Assembly (NCBI GenBank): GCA_026709025.1
Contig: JAPOTT010000011.1
Span: forward strand, 128 to 64,127
DNA length: 64,000 bases
From: a bacterium
GTDB taxonomy: Bacteria; Actinomycetota; Acidimicrobiia; Acidimicrobiales; Bin134
Direction: 5' to 3'
Positions 47,188-56,833 of the stretch are shown here, piece after piece. Numbering within the stretch: position 1 is the first letter of the stretch; each line of letters opens with the position of its first letter. The translations under genes were made by a program, and so were the position numbers. The notes beneath the pieces were generated by a model that did no database searches, was not told the DNA's origin, and saw only the letters and a program-made list of their open reading frames with translations.

Positions 47188-48492
47188 TTGAGGGCTGTGA
47201 GACCTCCGTCTGTAGATGCCCTAGCACGATCTCTAGTCGATACTGGTCTGCCTCACCCCTTGTTGGTGGCCGCTGCCCGCAAAGCCATCGCCGAAGCTGC
47301 TTCAGACCACGTATCGGATCACCACATAGTAGACAGAGCTCGCCAGCACGCTTTTGTGTCAAAAAGGGCTATGTTGCAGCCGGTTATCAATGCCACCGGG
47401 GTTTTGCTGCACACCAACTTGGGTCGTGCCCCTTTAGCTACAACCACCGAAGCGGTATACACCAACCTAGAGCTAGATCTGGTTTCCGGAGAGCGTGGTT
47501 CTCGTCATGCCCATGCAGCATCTTTGCTAGCGCAGCTTTGTGGGGCTGAAGATGCCATCGTGGTGAACAACTGTGCTGGTGCGGTGATGCTTGTGTTGGC
47601 CGCTTTGGCCAACGGGCGCGGCGCGGCGGTTTCTAGGGGCGAGCTAGTTGAAATCGGTGGAGGTTTTCGAGTACCAGAGGTGATGATGCAATCTGGAGCA
47701 CACCTAGTGGAGGTGGGCACCACCAACCGCACACGCCTAGGTGATTTCACCACAGCACTCAACAACCCCACCCACAACATTGCCCTAGCGCTGAAGGTAC
47801 ACCAATCTAACTACCGTATCGTGGGCTTTACCCAACAAGTTTCGGTTGCTGAGATGGCCTCTTTGGAGGTACCAGTAGTGGCAGACATAGGTTCGGGCCT
47901 AATAGATGCAGCTTGCCCGTGGTTAGAAAACGGGCCTCCAATATGGCTAGAGGGCGAACCCGCCGCCCGTCAGTGTTTAGATGCTGGAGCAGCTTTGGTT
48001 ACCTTCTCTGGCGACAAGTTATTTGGAGGCCCCCAAGCAGGCATTATCGCTGGTCAGGCTCACCTAGTTCGCCAATGCGCGCAACACCCCTTAGCACGGG
48101 CTCTTCGTCCGGGCGGCCTGGTGCTAGGTGCGGTGCAACAGGTGGCTTTGGCTTATCTCAACCGCAACCCTCAAGCCATTGAGTTTTGGCGAATGGCTTG
48201 CATTAGCCCGGCGCATTTACAAGAGCGAGCCGAGGCCATTGCCAACCGCGCCAACCACACTACAGCTATTCGGCCAACCCCAACCACCGCCATCACAGGC
48301 GGAGGCACCTTGCCTGGGGTGGAGATACCTTCGTTTGGTCTTGTGCTAGATGGCAATCATGCAGCCGCTTTGCGTGCCCACAGCCCCCCTGTAGTGGCTC
48401 ATGTGCGAGACGATTGCACCTGGTTAGATCTACGCACGGTGGCCCCTTCGCAAGATGAGCCGTTAACCCAAGCTCTGCGAGCGATGGCTTGA
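47188..48492 (+). CDS. selA: L-seryl-tRNA(Sec) selenium transferase
   Basis: VINATGVLLHTNLGRAP, VNNCAGA, SRGELVEIGGGFR, VGTTNRT, FSGDKLFGGPQAG (PLP Lys). Confidence 0.96.
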   Translation: MRAVRPPSVDALARSLVDTGLPHPLLVAAARKAIAEAASDHVSDHHIVDRARQHAFVSKRAMLQPVINATGVLLHTNLGRAPLATTTEAVYTNLELDLVSGERGSRHAHAASLLAQLCGAEDAIVVNNCAGAVMLVLAALANGRGAAVSRGELVEIGGGFRVPEVMMQSGAHLVEVGTTNRTRLGDFTTALNNPTHNIALALKVHQSNYRIVGFTQQVSVAEMASLEVPVVADIGSGLIDAACPWLENGPPIWLEGEPAARQCLDAGAALVTFSGDKLFGGPQAGIIAGQAHLVRQCAQHPLARALRPGGLVLGAVQQVALAYLNRNPQAIEFWRMACISPAHLQERAEAIANRANHTTAIRPTPTTAITGGGTLPGVEIPSFGLVLDGNHAAALRAHSPPVVAHVRDDCTWLDLRTVAPSQDEPLTQALRAMA

Positions 48493-50219
48493 GCCTTACT
48501 ATCGCCACGGCTGGCCATGTGGATCATGGTAAGTCCACTCTGGTTGAAGCTCTAACCGGCAGCCATCCCGACCGCCTCGCCGCAGAGGCGGCCCGCGGTC
48601 TTACCATCGATTTGGGTTTTGGTGCAGCGCAGCTACCCTCAGGGAGAACCCTGTCTATTGTTGACGTGCCTGGGCATGAGCGTTTCATTCGCAACATGTT
48701 GGCCGGGGTAGGAGCCATAGATGCCTGTTTGTTTGTTGTGGCCGCCAACGAGGGTTGGATGCCCCAATCCGAAGAACACTTGCGTATCTTGGAACTTCTC
48801 GGCGTATCGCAAGGTGTGATAGCCCTCACTAAGGTAGCCATCTGCGAACCCGATATCGCCCACCTAGCACATCTAGAGGTTACAGAAAAAGCAGCCGGAA
48901 CCTTCCTAGCTGATGCTCCTGTTGTGCCTACCGATGTACCTACTGGTATAGGTCTCCAAGAGCTACGCAGCGAGTTAGACCGTCTTTTAGATCGCACTCC
49001 AGTAGCAGCAAACAACCAGCGTCCTCGCCTGTGGGTAGATAGATCTTTTGCCGCTAAGGGTGCAGGCACTGTGGTAACCGGCACTCTAGGCGGCGGGCCT
49101 CTGCACATTGGCGAAGAACTGCTGTTACATCCCAACAACCACATGGTGCGTGTGCGGGCCTTACAAACTCACCACCAGGAGTACGCCAGCATTGCGCCCG
49201 GCAATAGGGTAGCGGTGAACCTAACCGGCATTGGGTATCAACAGATAAATCGTGGCCATGTGCTTGTCAAACCTGCCCAATGGCACCTTACGAATTGCTT
49301 CGATGCCTCTGTTGCCATACTTAGCACCCTCAACCACCAGGTTTCGCGCCGCGGGGCACACACCATATACATCGGCACCAGCGAGTTGCCTGCCAAGATG
49401 CGTATTTTGGGCCAACAAACCATTGAACCGGCCGACACTGGCTTGGTTCGTCTGTATCTACAGCGCAAACTTCCGTTGCTGCCCGGCGACCGCTTCGTGC
49501 TACGAGAGAGCGGAAGAGCCGAAACCATTGGCGGTGGCACAGTGCTAGACGTGGCACCTGTGTTGGCAGCTTCAAAAGCAAACCCCGATGGGTCAATCCA
49601 CAGGCTTATTGCCGAACGAGGCTGGGTGGAAGCAAAAGAACTAGCCCTGCTAACCGGCCAAAACCACCAACCTACTGTAGGGCGCTGGCTTGTGAGTCCA
49701 TCTTTGCTGGAACAAACAAAGATCAAGTTGCGCCAGGCTGTGGCTGATGCTGGCAGCGTGGGTCTAGACATCGCTACTTGTAGCGACAAAGAACGCGCTG
49801 TGCTGGGGTTGCTTGCAGAGGTTGTTATATCCAACGGTCGGGCCCGCAATAGCGCTCAGCCCGACCCTTTTCAAGATCACCCCTACATCGTTGCTTTGCA
49901 AAGTGCGTTGTTTGCTCCGCCTAGCCCTGTAGATGTTGGTGTGGAGGTGCTTGAAGCGCGTGAGCTAACCAAACGAGGTTTGGCGATAGAGCAAAACGGC
50001 ATCTTTTTTGCCGCTGAAGCAGTTGTAGAAGCCCAAGGCGTGCTCACAGAGATGCTGCACAACAAACCCGAGGGCATAACCGTAGCGGAGATACGCCAGC
50101 GTTTGGGCACCAGCCGCAAGTACGCCCTAGCGCTTTTGGCCTATCTAGATGCCAACGGTATTACCCGCCGCCGCGAAGACGTTCGCATCGCTGGACCTCG
50201 TCTTACAGGCCCTGCTTGA
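48489..50219 (+). CDS. selB: Selenocysteine-specific elongation factor
   Basis: TAGHVDHGKST, GLTIDLGF, DVPGHERF, VAANEGWMPQSEEH; C-terminal SRKYALALLAYLD...RREDVR winged helix. Confidence 0.96.
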   Translation: MSLTIATAGHVDHGKSTLVEALTGSHPDRLAAEAARGLTIDLGFGAAQLPSGRTLSIVDVPGHERFIRNMLAGVGAIDACLFVVAANEGWMPQSEEHLRILELLGVSQGVIALTKVAICEPDIAHLAHLEVTEKAAGTFLADAPVVPTDVPTGIGLQELRSELDRLLDRTPVAANNQRPRLWVDRSFAAKGAGTVVTGTLGGGPLHIGEELLLHPNNHMVRVRALQTHHQEYASIAPGNRVAVNLTGIGYQQINRGHVLVKPAQWHLTNCFDASVAILSTLNHQVSRRGAHTIYIGTSELPAKMRILGQQTIEPADTGLVRLYLQRKLPLLPGDRFVLRESGRAETIGGGTVLDVAPVLAASKANPDGSIHRLIAERGWVEAKELALLTGQNHQPTVGRWLVSPSLLEQTKIKLRQAVADAGSVGLDIATCSDKERAVLGLLAEVVISNGRARNSAQPDPFQDHPYIVALQSALFAPPSPVDVGVEVLEARELTKRGLAIEQNGIFFAAEAVVEAQGVLTEMLHNKPEGITVAEIRQRLGTSRKYALALLAYLDANGITRRREDVRIAGPRLTGPA

Positions 50220-50234
50220 AGCTCAAACAGGTGC

Positions 50235-50498
50235 TTAGAAAAACTGTTCTCCTAAGATGTCTTGGCGCTCTAGTTCGTTGAGCCCACCCCAAATGCCATG
50301 GCGTTCTCGAATCTCCAAGGCATACTCGCGACATTCTGTCATCACACTGCATTGCTTGCAGATAGCTTTGGCTCGTCTCTCCCGATTTATCTTGTCGTTC
50401 TTGCGTTCAAAAGATGTCGGCGGGAAGAATACCGCCGCATGCGGCCCTCTACAGGCCGCTCTCGTTTGCCATGCCCCCAAATTGGTTAAAGCGCTCAC
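50235..50498 (-). CDS. whiB: WhiB family Fe-S transcriptional regulator
   Basis: AACRG, AKAICKQCSVMTEC, GIWGGLNELER. Confidence 0.95.
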   Translation of the reverse strand: MSALTNLGAWQTRAACRGPHAAVFFPPTSFERKNDKINRERRAKAICKQCSVMTECREYALEIRERHGIWGGLNELERQDILGEQFF

Positions 50499-50570
50499 TT
50501 TTCCCTACCCCCTTTGGGGTGACCTTATATCCACAACCGCTGCGCGCACAAGATGCAACCTGTGATTTGA

Positions 50571-51998
50571 TTAGCTGCGCCGCTCCCGATAGTCGCGTGC
50601 GGCACCTTCGGTGGGCTCTACTTGTAGCCACAGCCCGTCAATCTCAACCACCTTAACTTGGCTGCCTGTGTGTACTGGAGTAGCTCGATTTACCCGCGCT
50701 CGCCATAAGGCTCCTCGTATTTTCACCACCCCATCGGGCGATACGTCTTCAACAACGGTGCCCAACTCGCCGATCATCCAATTTCGTCCGATGGTGGGCG
50801 TGGAAAACCGTGTCCGCACCATCGAGGGCATTCCCGAAATCATGGCCACCCCCACAGCGCCCATCATCACCACCATCGGTATCCAGCTCATGGATACCTC
50901 TCTGTACAGCCACCAAGTACCTGCGCCAAACATCACTAGCCCAGCTCCAGTCCAAAACCGTGGCACAGAGGTTTGGATGTCAACCCCAAACGCCACCATG
51001 GAACCTGCCAACAAGCCTAAAGCCCACGCATTAAACGGCAGCACCGACAGTCCGTAGCCTCCCAGCACAAACAGCAGTGCTCCCACCACTCCCGCTACAC
51101 CCACCCCTGCGGTATAGAACTCAAACAGCATCAGGCCCATGCCCAAGGTTAACAAGATGTAGGCGATGGGAGGGCTTGCTACGGTGTGGAACAGCTGATC
51201 TGCTAGCGATAAGCCCCGGAACTCTACTTGCGTGATGGGCTCTAGGCGCGGCTGATTGTCTCCAGCAACTATTTGAGATGCAAAGCCTAGATGGTCTAAG
51301 TCCACCAGGAAGTCGCCTATAACCGGTGCCACGCATTGCTCTTCGATTGGCGGCACCCGTACCTCGGCAGGGTTAAAGGCAATACCCGCTTCTTGGTAGC
51401 GCACGGCTAGATCGTCTAATTCTATTTGCTCGCATCCGATTACCTCAGAGGCAATTAACTCTCGCCAACTCAGCTTGTGGTTGCGCAACAGTTCTTGGTT
51501 AGACCACACAACCGGGTGCTGTTCAATGCCCGAAAGAGCAGGCCCAAGTTTGCCTATCTTTATGCCCGGCGCAATGCCTAGCGCATCGGCTACCCCGAAA
51601 GTTTGCGCCACCTTGCCTTCTAGCGCAGATCCGTTAGGCCCCACCCATACCGCAATCGGCACAGCAGAGTTAGCAATGGTGTTGGCTAACTCCACCAACC
51701 GCTCATCAGATACCACGGCCTGCGTGCTGTCCACCCGAAAGGCCAGCAGAACGGCATCTCTGCTAGATGCCTCTGCAATGGAGTTCTCAATCAGCTCAGC
51801 CATTACCGGGTCTAGCAGCCCAGTAACCTCCACAACCACAGCGGGCGCACTCGTGCTGATTGGGGGGTTTGGCAAATCATCTTCAGCTCCTGCCCAACTG
51901 CTGCCTATTGCTAAAGAGGTCAAGATGCCAGCCCCAACCAAGCAGGCTGTTGCTACCTTTAGTGTTTGTAGCCGTACATTTGTTACGTCTAGCTGCAT
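50571..51998 (-). CDS. nfeD: NfeD-family membrane protein (ClpP-like domain, TM bundle, OB-fold)
   Basis: Signal peptide; VPIAVWVGP, LFEFYTAGVG, GELGTVVEDVSPDGVVKIRGALW. Confidence 0.85.
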   Translation of the reverse strand: MQLDVTNVRLQTLKVATACLVGAGILTSLAIGSSWAGAEDDLPNPPISTSAPAVVVEVTGLLDPVMAELIENSIAEASSRDAVLLAFRVDSTQAVVSDERLVELANTIANSAVPIAVWVGPNGSALEGKVAQTFGVADALGIAPGIKIGKLGPALSGIEQHPVVWSNQELLRNHKLSWRELIASEVIGCEQIELDDLAVRYQEAGIAFNPAEVRVPPIEEQCVAPVIGDFLVDLDHLGFASQIVAGDNQPRLEPITQVEFRGLSLADQLFHTVASPPIAYILLTLGMGLMLFEFYTAGVGVAGVVGALLFVLGGYGLSVLPFNAWALGLLAGSMVAFGVDIQTSVPRFWTGAGLVMFGAGTWWLYREVSMSWIPMVVMMGAVGVAMISGMPSMVRTRFSTPTIGRNWMIGELGTVVEDVSPDGVVKIRGALWRARVNRATPVHTGSQVKVVEIDGLWLQVEPTEGAARDYRERRS

Positions 51999-52045
51999 TG
52001 TTTAGTTGCTGTTTAGTTGCCACACACCACTAGCTAGGCGGTTAG

Positions 52046-52402
52046 CTAGTTGGCTTGCGAGGTGTTGGTTCCCAACAAAGACTCTAGGGCTTGTTCCGCG
52101 GTTTCAGTTACCGGCACAATCCGATCAAACCCGGTGGTATGAAGCAGCCGGTGCAATGCTCCCTCGCCGCAGGCCACCACCACCTCACCCTCAGAGTCTC
52201 TAATTCGCCGGATACCTCCTATCAGAGCTCCTAATCCTGCTGAGTCCATAAACGGTACTGCTTGAAGGTCAATCAGCAGCCGTGGCTCCAAAGCGAGTTC
52301 GCCAATTTGTTCCCTAAACTGTGCCACGGTGTAGGCATCCACCTCTCCAGCGGGGCGCAGCACCGTATGGGTGTCTAGCTTTTCGATTTTGATCTCCAGC
52401 AC
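52046..52402 (-). CDS. Second anti-sigma factor antagonist (STAS)
   Basis: SD AAGGAGAGG before GTG 52402; GEVDAYTV, DLQAVPFMDSAGLGALIGG. Confidence 0.9.
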   Translation of the reverse strand: MLEIKIEKLDTHTVLRPAGEVDAYTVAQFREQIGELALEPRLLIDLQAVPFMDSAGLGALIGGIRRIRDSEGEVVVACGEGALHRLLHTTGFDRIVPVTETAEQALESLLGTNTSQAN

Positions 52403-52487
52403 GGTGCCTCTCCTTGGCTCTGTAGCCGACTCCGATGTTATCTCCCAAACAGGCAAAACCGGTAGCCGGTTGAGTACCATCATCTAT

Positions 52488-52865
52488 ATGACTCGAGTGT
52501 TGCTAGCCACAGACAGCGATTCTGTGCATCAAACCATAGATGCCGCGCTGAGAGGTTATGCCTCTCACATTTTGAGGGTTAGTTCAGGAGCAGAGGTGCG
52601 CCACGCAGTGCAGGCTCACAGCCCAGATGTGGTGATTTGCGACCTACAAATAGCCAACATGGGGGGTGTGGCAACCAGCTTAGATTTGCGTATGGAAGCT
52701 GATATGGGCAGGCTCCCCAACACCCGCATCTTGTTGCTCTTAGATAGAGAGGCCGATATTTACCTAGCCCGCCAAGCCAAGGTTGATGCTTGGTTGCTGA
52801 AGCCTCTAGATGCGGTTCGGCTCCAACAAGCCCTTGCCTCATTAGCACCAGAGCCTGCACCCTAG
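52488..52865 (+). CDS. Stand-alone response regulator receiver domain
   Basis: RVLLATD, PDVVICDL, LDREAD, WLLKPLD; TACCAT -10 box 7 nt before the ATG. Confidence 0.85.
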   Translation: MTRVLLATDSDSVHQTIDAALRGYASHILRVSSGAEVRHAVQAHSPDVVICDLQIANMGGVATSLDLRMEADMGRLPNTRILLLLDREADIYLARQAKVDAWLLKPLDAVRLQQALASLAPEPAP

Positions 52866-52942
52866 CCTGCTCTGGTTTAGCCAACCCTTAAGTTAATCTC
52901 AGTACTCACGGCGTAGTGAAGCCGCTATATTACAACTTGCAA

Positions 52943-53016
<74 letters not shown>

Positions 53017-53072
53017 CCCGCAGTGCTTGTCTCGTGTTTGTCCTTAGAGGGCATACGGGTATCCTGTCGGCT

Positions 53073-55703
53073 ATGAGGTTGCGCTCCATTTGTTTGAGTG
53101 TCGGTGTCGCTGTAGCACTGTTAGCACCCACCTTTGTCGTTCCTGTGGCGTTGGCTCAATCCAACAACGATCCTCCCGACGCTGATGCCGGGTTAGATTA
53201 TGCCGTTACCCCAGGCCAAGACACCACCGGCAAGCTAGATGCATCTAACACCTTCGACACCGAAGATAGAGCCAACGAACTTGCCTATTCTTGGAAACCC
53301 ATCACCGATGCATATAGCTGGATTGAAGTAATACCGAGGGGCAGCCCTCGAGGTCGCACCGCAGAATTTGATGTGCCCCCTCTCAAACTCGTCAACCAAC
53401 GAGGCGTTTATCACATAGATTTTGAACTCACCGTTGTAGACACAGACGGAGCCTCTAGCACCGATATAATCCGCGTAACCCTCAACCAGCCTCCCCAAGC
53501 TCAGATAGCCTTGTCGGCTAAGCTCCCGCATCCCAATCCCACAGATGCCAACCAAAACGGTGTGATAGATGACGAAGAGAAGTACACGGTTGACGCTGTT
53601 ATAGATGCCCCACTTGAAGGTGGCAATGATGCCAACGATTGGGACATCCAAGAAGGCGCCCGTCTCACCCTCACCGGTTCATCAAGCACCTCGGGTGAGG
53701 AAAACCCAAAGCTCACCTACACTTGGGAGCGTCGTGCGGTCCGTCCCAACAACTTACCTGTTTTCGCCAACAGCCCTGCTCGCACACGGCGGCAGTCCAT
53801 TACCATTGATCTGCCAGACACCCTTCAAAATAATGCCACAGCTTATGTGCAGTATCGTCTGGTTGTTACCAATCAAAGCGGTGTAACAGATAGCGCGCTC
53901 GTTAACATCACCGTGCGCGATCAACCCTCAGCTCCTACCGTGCAGGTGTCGCTGCGTAGCGCTAATCAGCCAGCTCAGGTTGCCTATCAAGTTGATCCAA
54001 ACCAGCTAAACCAGCCAGCCCGCTTTGTGGTAGCTCCGGGCCAAGCGGTACAGCTCATCGCCACAGCCGAAGACAAAGACGGCACCCAAACTCGCCGCTT
54101 GTCTCACCTCTGGGCTGCTGGTGATACAGGCCAAGCAGCAGCTATCCAACTAACGCAGGTTGCTCCCACACGCAGAGGCGCTACCTCTCGCGCCACCTAC
54201 ACTGCCCCCGCGCAGCTTCCAGAAGATACCAGTGCCGTTACCCAAACCCTCACCGTCACCGTTACAGACGACACCGAACGAACGGCCCAAACCACAGTTA
54301 CCTTCATAACCGCCAACAACCAAGCCCCTCAAGCTGTAGCTCCAGCCAACATAATCAGCGAGGACGGTGCTCAAGGTGGTGATGATCAATCAGGCACAGT
54401 GCAGGTTCGTGGCCTTGGTATCGACTCTGCAGACGACACCCTCACCTACCAGTGGCGCTTTGTGGATGCTCAAGGCAACCTTCTAGACCCTACAGATGCA
54501 CCAGTTACCCTTGTTGATCCAACCCAACCAACCACCTCATTTGATGTTCCAGAACTTCGCGGCGGTAACTTGCTAGTGCATCTTCAACTAGTCGTTACCG
54601 ATTCGTGGGGTGTGTTTGATACCGACACTGTTACCATCACCATTTTTGGCCGCAACGATGCTCCTACTGCCAGCGCTGGTGCTAATCAAACCGTTGTAAC
54701 CCGAACTCAGGTAACTTTAGATGCCACAGCCTCCACAGACCCAGACCCAAACGAACAACTTAACTACTCTTGGGCCTACACCGGTATTACCCTCAATCCC
54801 CCAGCACGTGTCACTCCGCTAACTCCCCAAGACAGCAACGATCTCAGAGCCTTTTGGCCAACTGCCAATAACGAATATCCTACAGTGCTCACTTCTGCGC
54901 GCTCGGTAAAGCCCACCTTCTTAGCTCCCAAATTCACCCACCTGCGAAGCGTGCGCCTCACCTTCACGCTTACCGTTACAGATTCAGCTAACAGCACTAG
55001 CCAAGACGAAGTTCACATCACTGTGGTAGGCCGTTTCTTCTCTGGTGAAATTGACCACCCAGATTTTTGCCGTAACAAGAGCCTCGGCGGTCAGCGCACC
55101 TACCCTCACGACAGCACTAAAGATGGTGTGGCTGATGTGTGTTCTTTACGATCTACCCGTCGCGAGGCTGTGGTTCGTCAGCAAGCTCTTACTACTTTGG
55201 CTAGTATCAATCGTGGCGACTTTGTGAGACAGGTCAACCAAGCCTGCAGAGGTATCGGCGACGAGGACTATACCCAGTATGGTGATAAACCTGAGGATCT
55301 AAAGAAGGATGTGTGCTCTACCGGCCAGATAGCCGCACCGCCAGAACCCCCCAATCCAGAAGCCAACCCAAAGTTTTATTCTGGCCCTGTTATCACCGGT
55401 CCCAACTTCTGTGTCAACTTCAGTTTGGGTGGTGCGCTTACCTATCCCCATGATGGCGATGGTGATGGCATCGCCGAGGTCTGTGCCCTTCCATATACCC
55501 GTCGTGAGGCTGTGGCTCGTCAGATAGCCCTAGATACCTTTGCATCGCATTCTCAGTTTCGAGGTCTGCTCGCTGTGTCTTGTCAGGCAAGCGCAGGTAC
55601 ACAGTTCGGAGGTGACAAACCCGAAGATCTGAAAACGGATGTTTGTGCCACAATCGCCTCAACCACTTCCCAAGAACGCACAGGCACCGCTCTCCCGTCT
55701 TAG
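53073..55703 (+). CDS. Large secreted protein 1: PKD/Ig-like beta-sandwich repeats plus two C-terminal 4-Cys DxDGDG domains
   Basis: Sec signal MRLRSICLSVGVAVALL..ALA; NDAPTASAGANQTV..VTLDATASTDPD, LTYQW, FTLTVTD repeats; TATCCT -10 box 7 nt before the ATG. Confidence 0.8.
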   Translation: MRLRSICLSVGVAVALLAPTFVVPVALAQSNNDPPDADAGLDYAVTPGQDTTGKLDASNTFDTEDRANELAYSWKPITDAYSWIEVIPRGSPRGRTAEFDVPPLKLVNQRGVYHIDFELTVVDTDGASSTDIIRVTLNQPPQAQIALSAKLPHPNPTDANQNGVIDDEEKYTVDAVIDAPLEGGNDANDWDIQEGARLTLTGSSSTSGEENPKLTYTWERRAVRPNNLPVFANSPARTRRQSITIDLPDTLQNNATAYVQYRLVVTNQSGVTDSALVNITVRDQPSAPTVQVSLRSANQPAQVAYQVDPNQLNQPARFVVAPGQAVQLIATAEDKDGTQTRRLSHLWAAGDTGQAAAIQLTQVAPTRRGATSRATYTAPAQLPEDTSAVTQTLTVTVTDDTERTAQTTVTFITANNQAPQAVAPANIISEDGAQGGDDQSGTVQVRGLGIDSADDTLTYQWRFVDAQGNLLDPTDAPVTLVDPTQPTTSFDVPELRGGNLLVHLQLVVTDSWGVFDTDTVTITIFGRNDAPTASAGANQTVVTRTQVTLDATASTDPDPNEQLNYSWAYTGITLNPPARVTPLTPQDSNDLRAFWPTANNEYPTVLTSARSVKPTFLAPKFTHLRSVRLTFTLTVTDSANSTSQDEVHITVVGRFFSGEIDHPDFCRNKSLGGQRTYPHDSTKDGVADVCSLRSTRREAVVRQQALTTLASINRGDFVRQVNQACRGIGDEDYTQYGDKPEDLKKDVCSTGQIAAPPEPPNPEANPKFYSGPVITGPNFCVNFSLGGALTYPHDGDGDGIAEVCALPYTRREAVARQIALDTFASHSQFRGLLAVSCQASAGTQFGGDKPEDLKTDVCATIASTTSQERTGTALPS

Positions 55704-55736
55704 GCACCTCCACTAGAGCTTTCCTAAAATTGTCTC

Positions 55737-55765
55737 TTGCTAAACCTGTTTTGGTCGGCTAGGTT
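55737..55765 (+). promoter_or_regulatory. Sigma-70-type promoter of the 55819 gene (duplicated at 56173-56201)
   Basis: TTGCTA-17 nt-TAGGTT; copy 2 TTGCCA-17 nt-TAGGTT; SD AAGGGGA before each ATG. Confidence 0.55.
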
Positions 55766-55818
55766 GAGTTCATGCTTCCCCATTTAGTTTCATTCACTAG
55801 CATTAAGGGGAATCTCTT

Positions 55819-56106
55819 ATGGAATCAGTTTTAAGTTCGTCCATCGTGGGCGCATTCTTAGCCGTCCTGATCGGCTATGTGATCTACACAGTGCGCGACA
55901 AGTTCGACAAGGTGGATGCTCGCTTCGACAAGCTGGAAGCCATTCTCTTGAACCATGCAGAGCGCATATCTCTTAACCATGCGGAGCGGTTAGCTCGCAT
56001 TGAAGCGAAGCTAGATATCGTGCCTGCGGTTGCCCCCGTCACTCCGCCCACCGAGTTCGTCGACCCCCCCGAACCAGCCGCACTAACCCAAACCACCTCA
56101 AGCTAA
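55819..56106 (+). CDS. Small N-anchored coiled-coil protein, short variant (95 aa)
   Basis: TM IVGAFLAVLIGYVIY, DKFDKVDARFDKLE, HAERLARIEAKL, Pro/Thr tail. Confidence 0.8.
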   Translation: MESVLSSSIVGAFLAVLIGYVIYTVRDKFDKVDARFDKLEAILLNHAERISLNHAERLARIEAKLDIVPAVAPVTPPTEFVDPPEPAALTQTTSS

Positions 56107-56254
56107 GCCCTTCTCAGCGCAGGACGAGGTTCTTGCCTTGCACCTCCACTAGAGCTTTCCTAAAATTGTCTCTTGCCAAACCTATTTTGGTCGGCTAGGT
56201 TGAGTTCATGCTTCCCCATTTAGTTTCATTCACTAGCACTAAGGGGAATCTCTT

Positions 56255-56833
56255 ATGGAATCAGTTTTAAGTTCGTCCATCGTGGGCGCATTCTTAGCCG
56301 TCCTGATCGGCTATGTGATCTACACAGTGCGCGACAAGTTCGACAAGGTGGATGCTCGCTTCGACAAGCTGGAAGCCATTCTCTTGAACCATGCAGAGCG
56401 CATATCTCGCATTGAGACCATTCTTGTTAGCCAAGAGAACCAGTTAGCAGCGATTGATGCCCGCTTCCAAGCGATTGATGTCCGCTTCCAAGCGATTGAT
56501 GTCCGCTTCCAAGCGATTGATGCCCACTTCCAAGCGATTGATGCCCGTTTTCAGGAGGTCAATGCTCATCTCGATAACATTGAGGCGACGCTCGCCGACC
56601 ATGGTGAGCGCCTTATTCGTATTGAGGTCACCCTGACGAATCACGATGCCCGCTTCGATACAATCGATGTCCGTTTGAATAAGGTGGAAGTCATTCTCTT
56701 TAATCATGCGGAGCGGTTAGCTCGCATTGAAGCGAAGCTAAATATCGTGCCTGTGGTTACTCCTGTCACCCCGCCCACCGAGTTCGTCGATCCCCCCGAA
56801 CCAGCCGCACTAACCCAAACCACCTCAAGCTAA
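56255..56833 (+). CDS. Small N-anchored coiled-coil protein, long variant (192 aa)
   Basis: Same N- and C-termini as 55819; extra 97 aa including the AID(A/V)RFQ heptad x5. Confidence 0.85.
   Translation: MESVLSSSIVGAFLAVLIGYVIYTVRDKFDKVDARFDKLEAILLNHAERISRIETILVSQENQLAAIDARFQAIDVRFQAIDVRFQAIDAHFQAIDARFQEVNAHLDNIEATLADHGERLIRIEVTLTNHDARFDTIDVRLNKVEVILFNHAERLARIEAKLNIVPVVTPVTPPTEFVDPPEPAALTQTTSS
56450..56554 (+). repeat. 21-bp coding tandem repeat x5
   Basis: gcgattgatg(c/t)ccgcttccaa units, each encoding exactly one heptad. Confidence 0.95.

Noticed and set aside
256-52200. Numerous 60-270-aa antisense or alternate-frame ORFs (e.g. 5471-5908, 29160-29867, 34085-34729, 44594-45421)
   Set aside because: They shadow conserved genes, have low-complexity or Ser/Arg/Ala-biased translations, and carry no recognisable motifs.
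56450-56554. CRISPR array
   Set aside because: Units are contiguous with no spacers, lie in frame in a CDS, and no cas genes are present. The same applies to the other short repeats.
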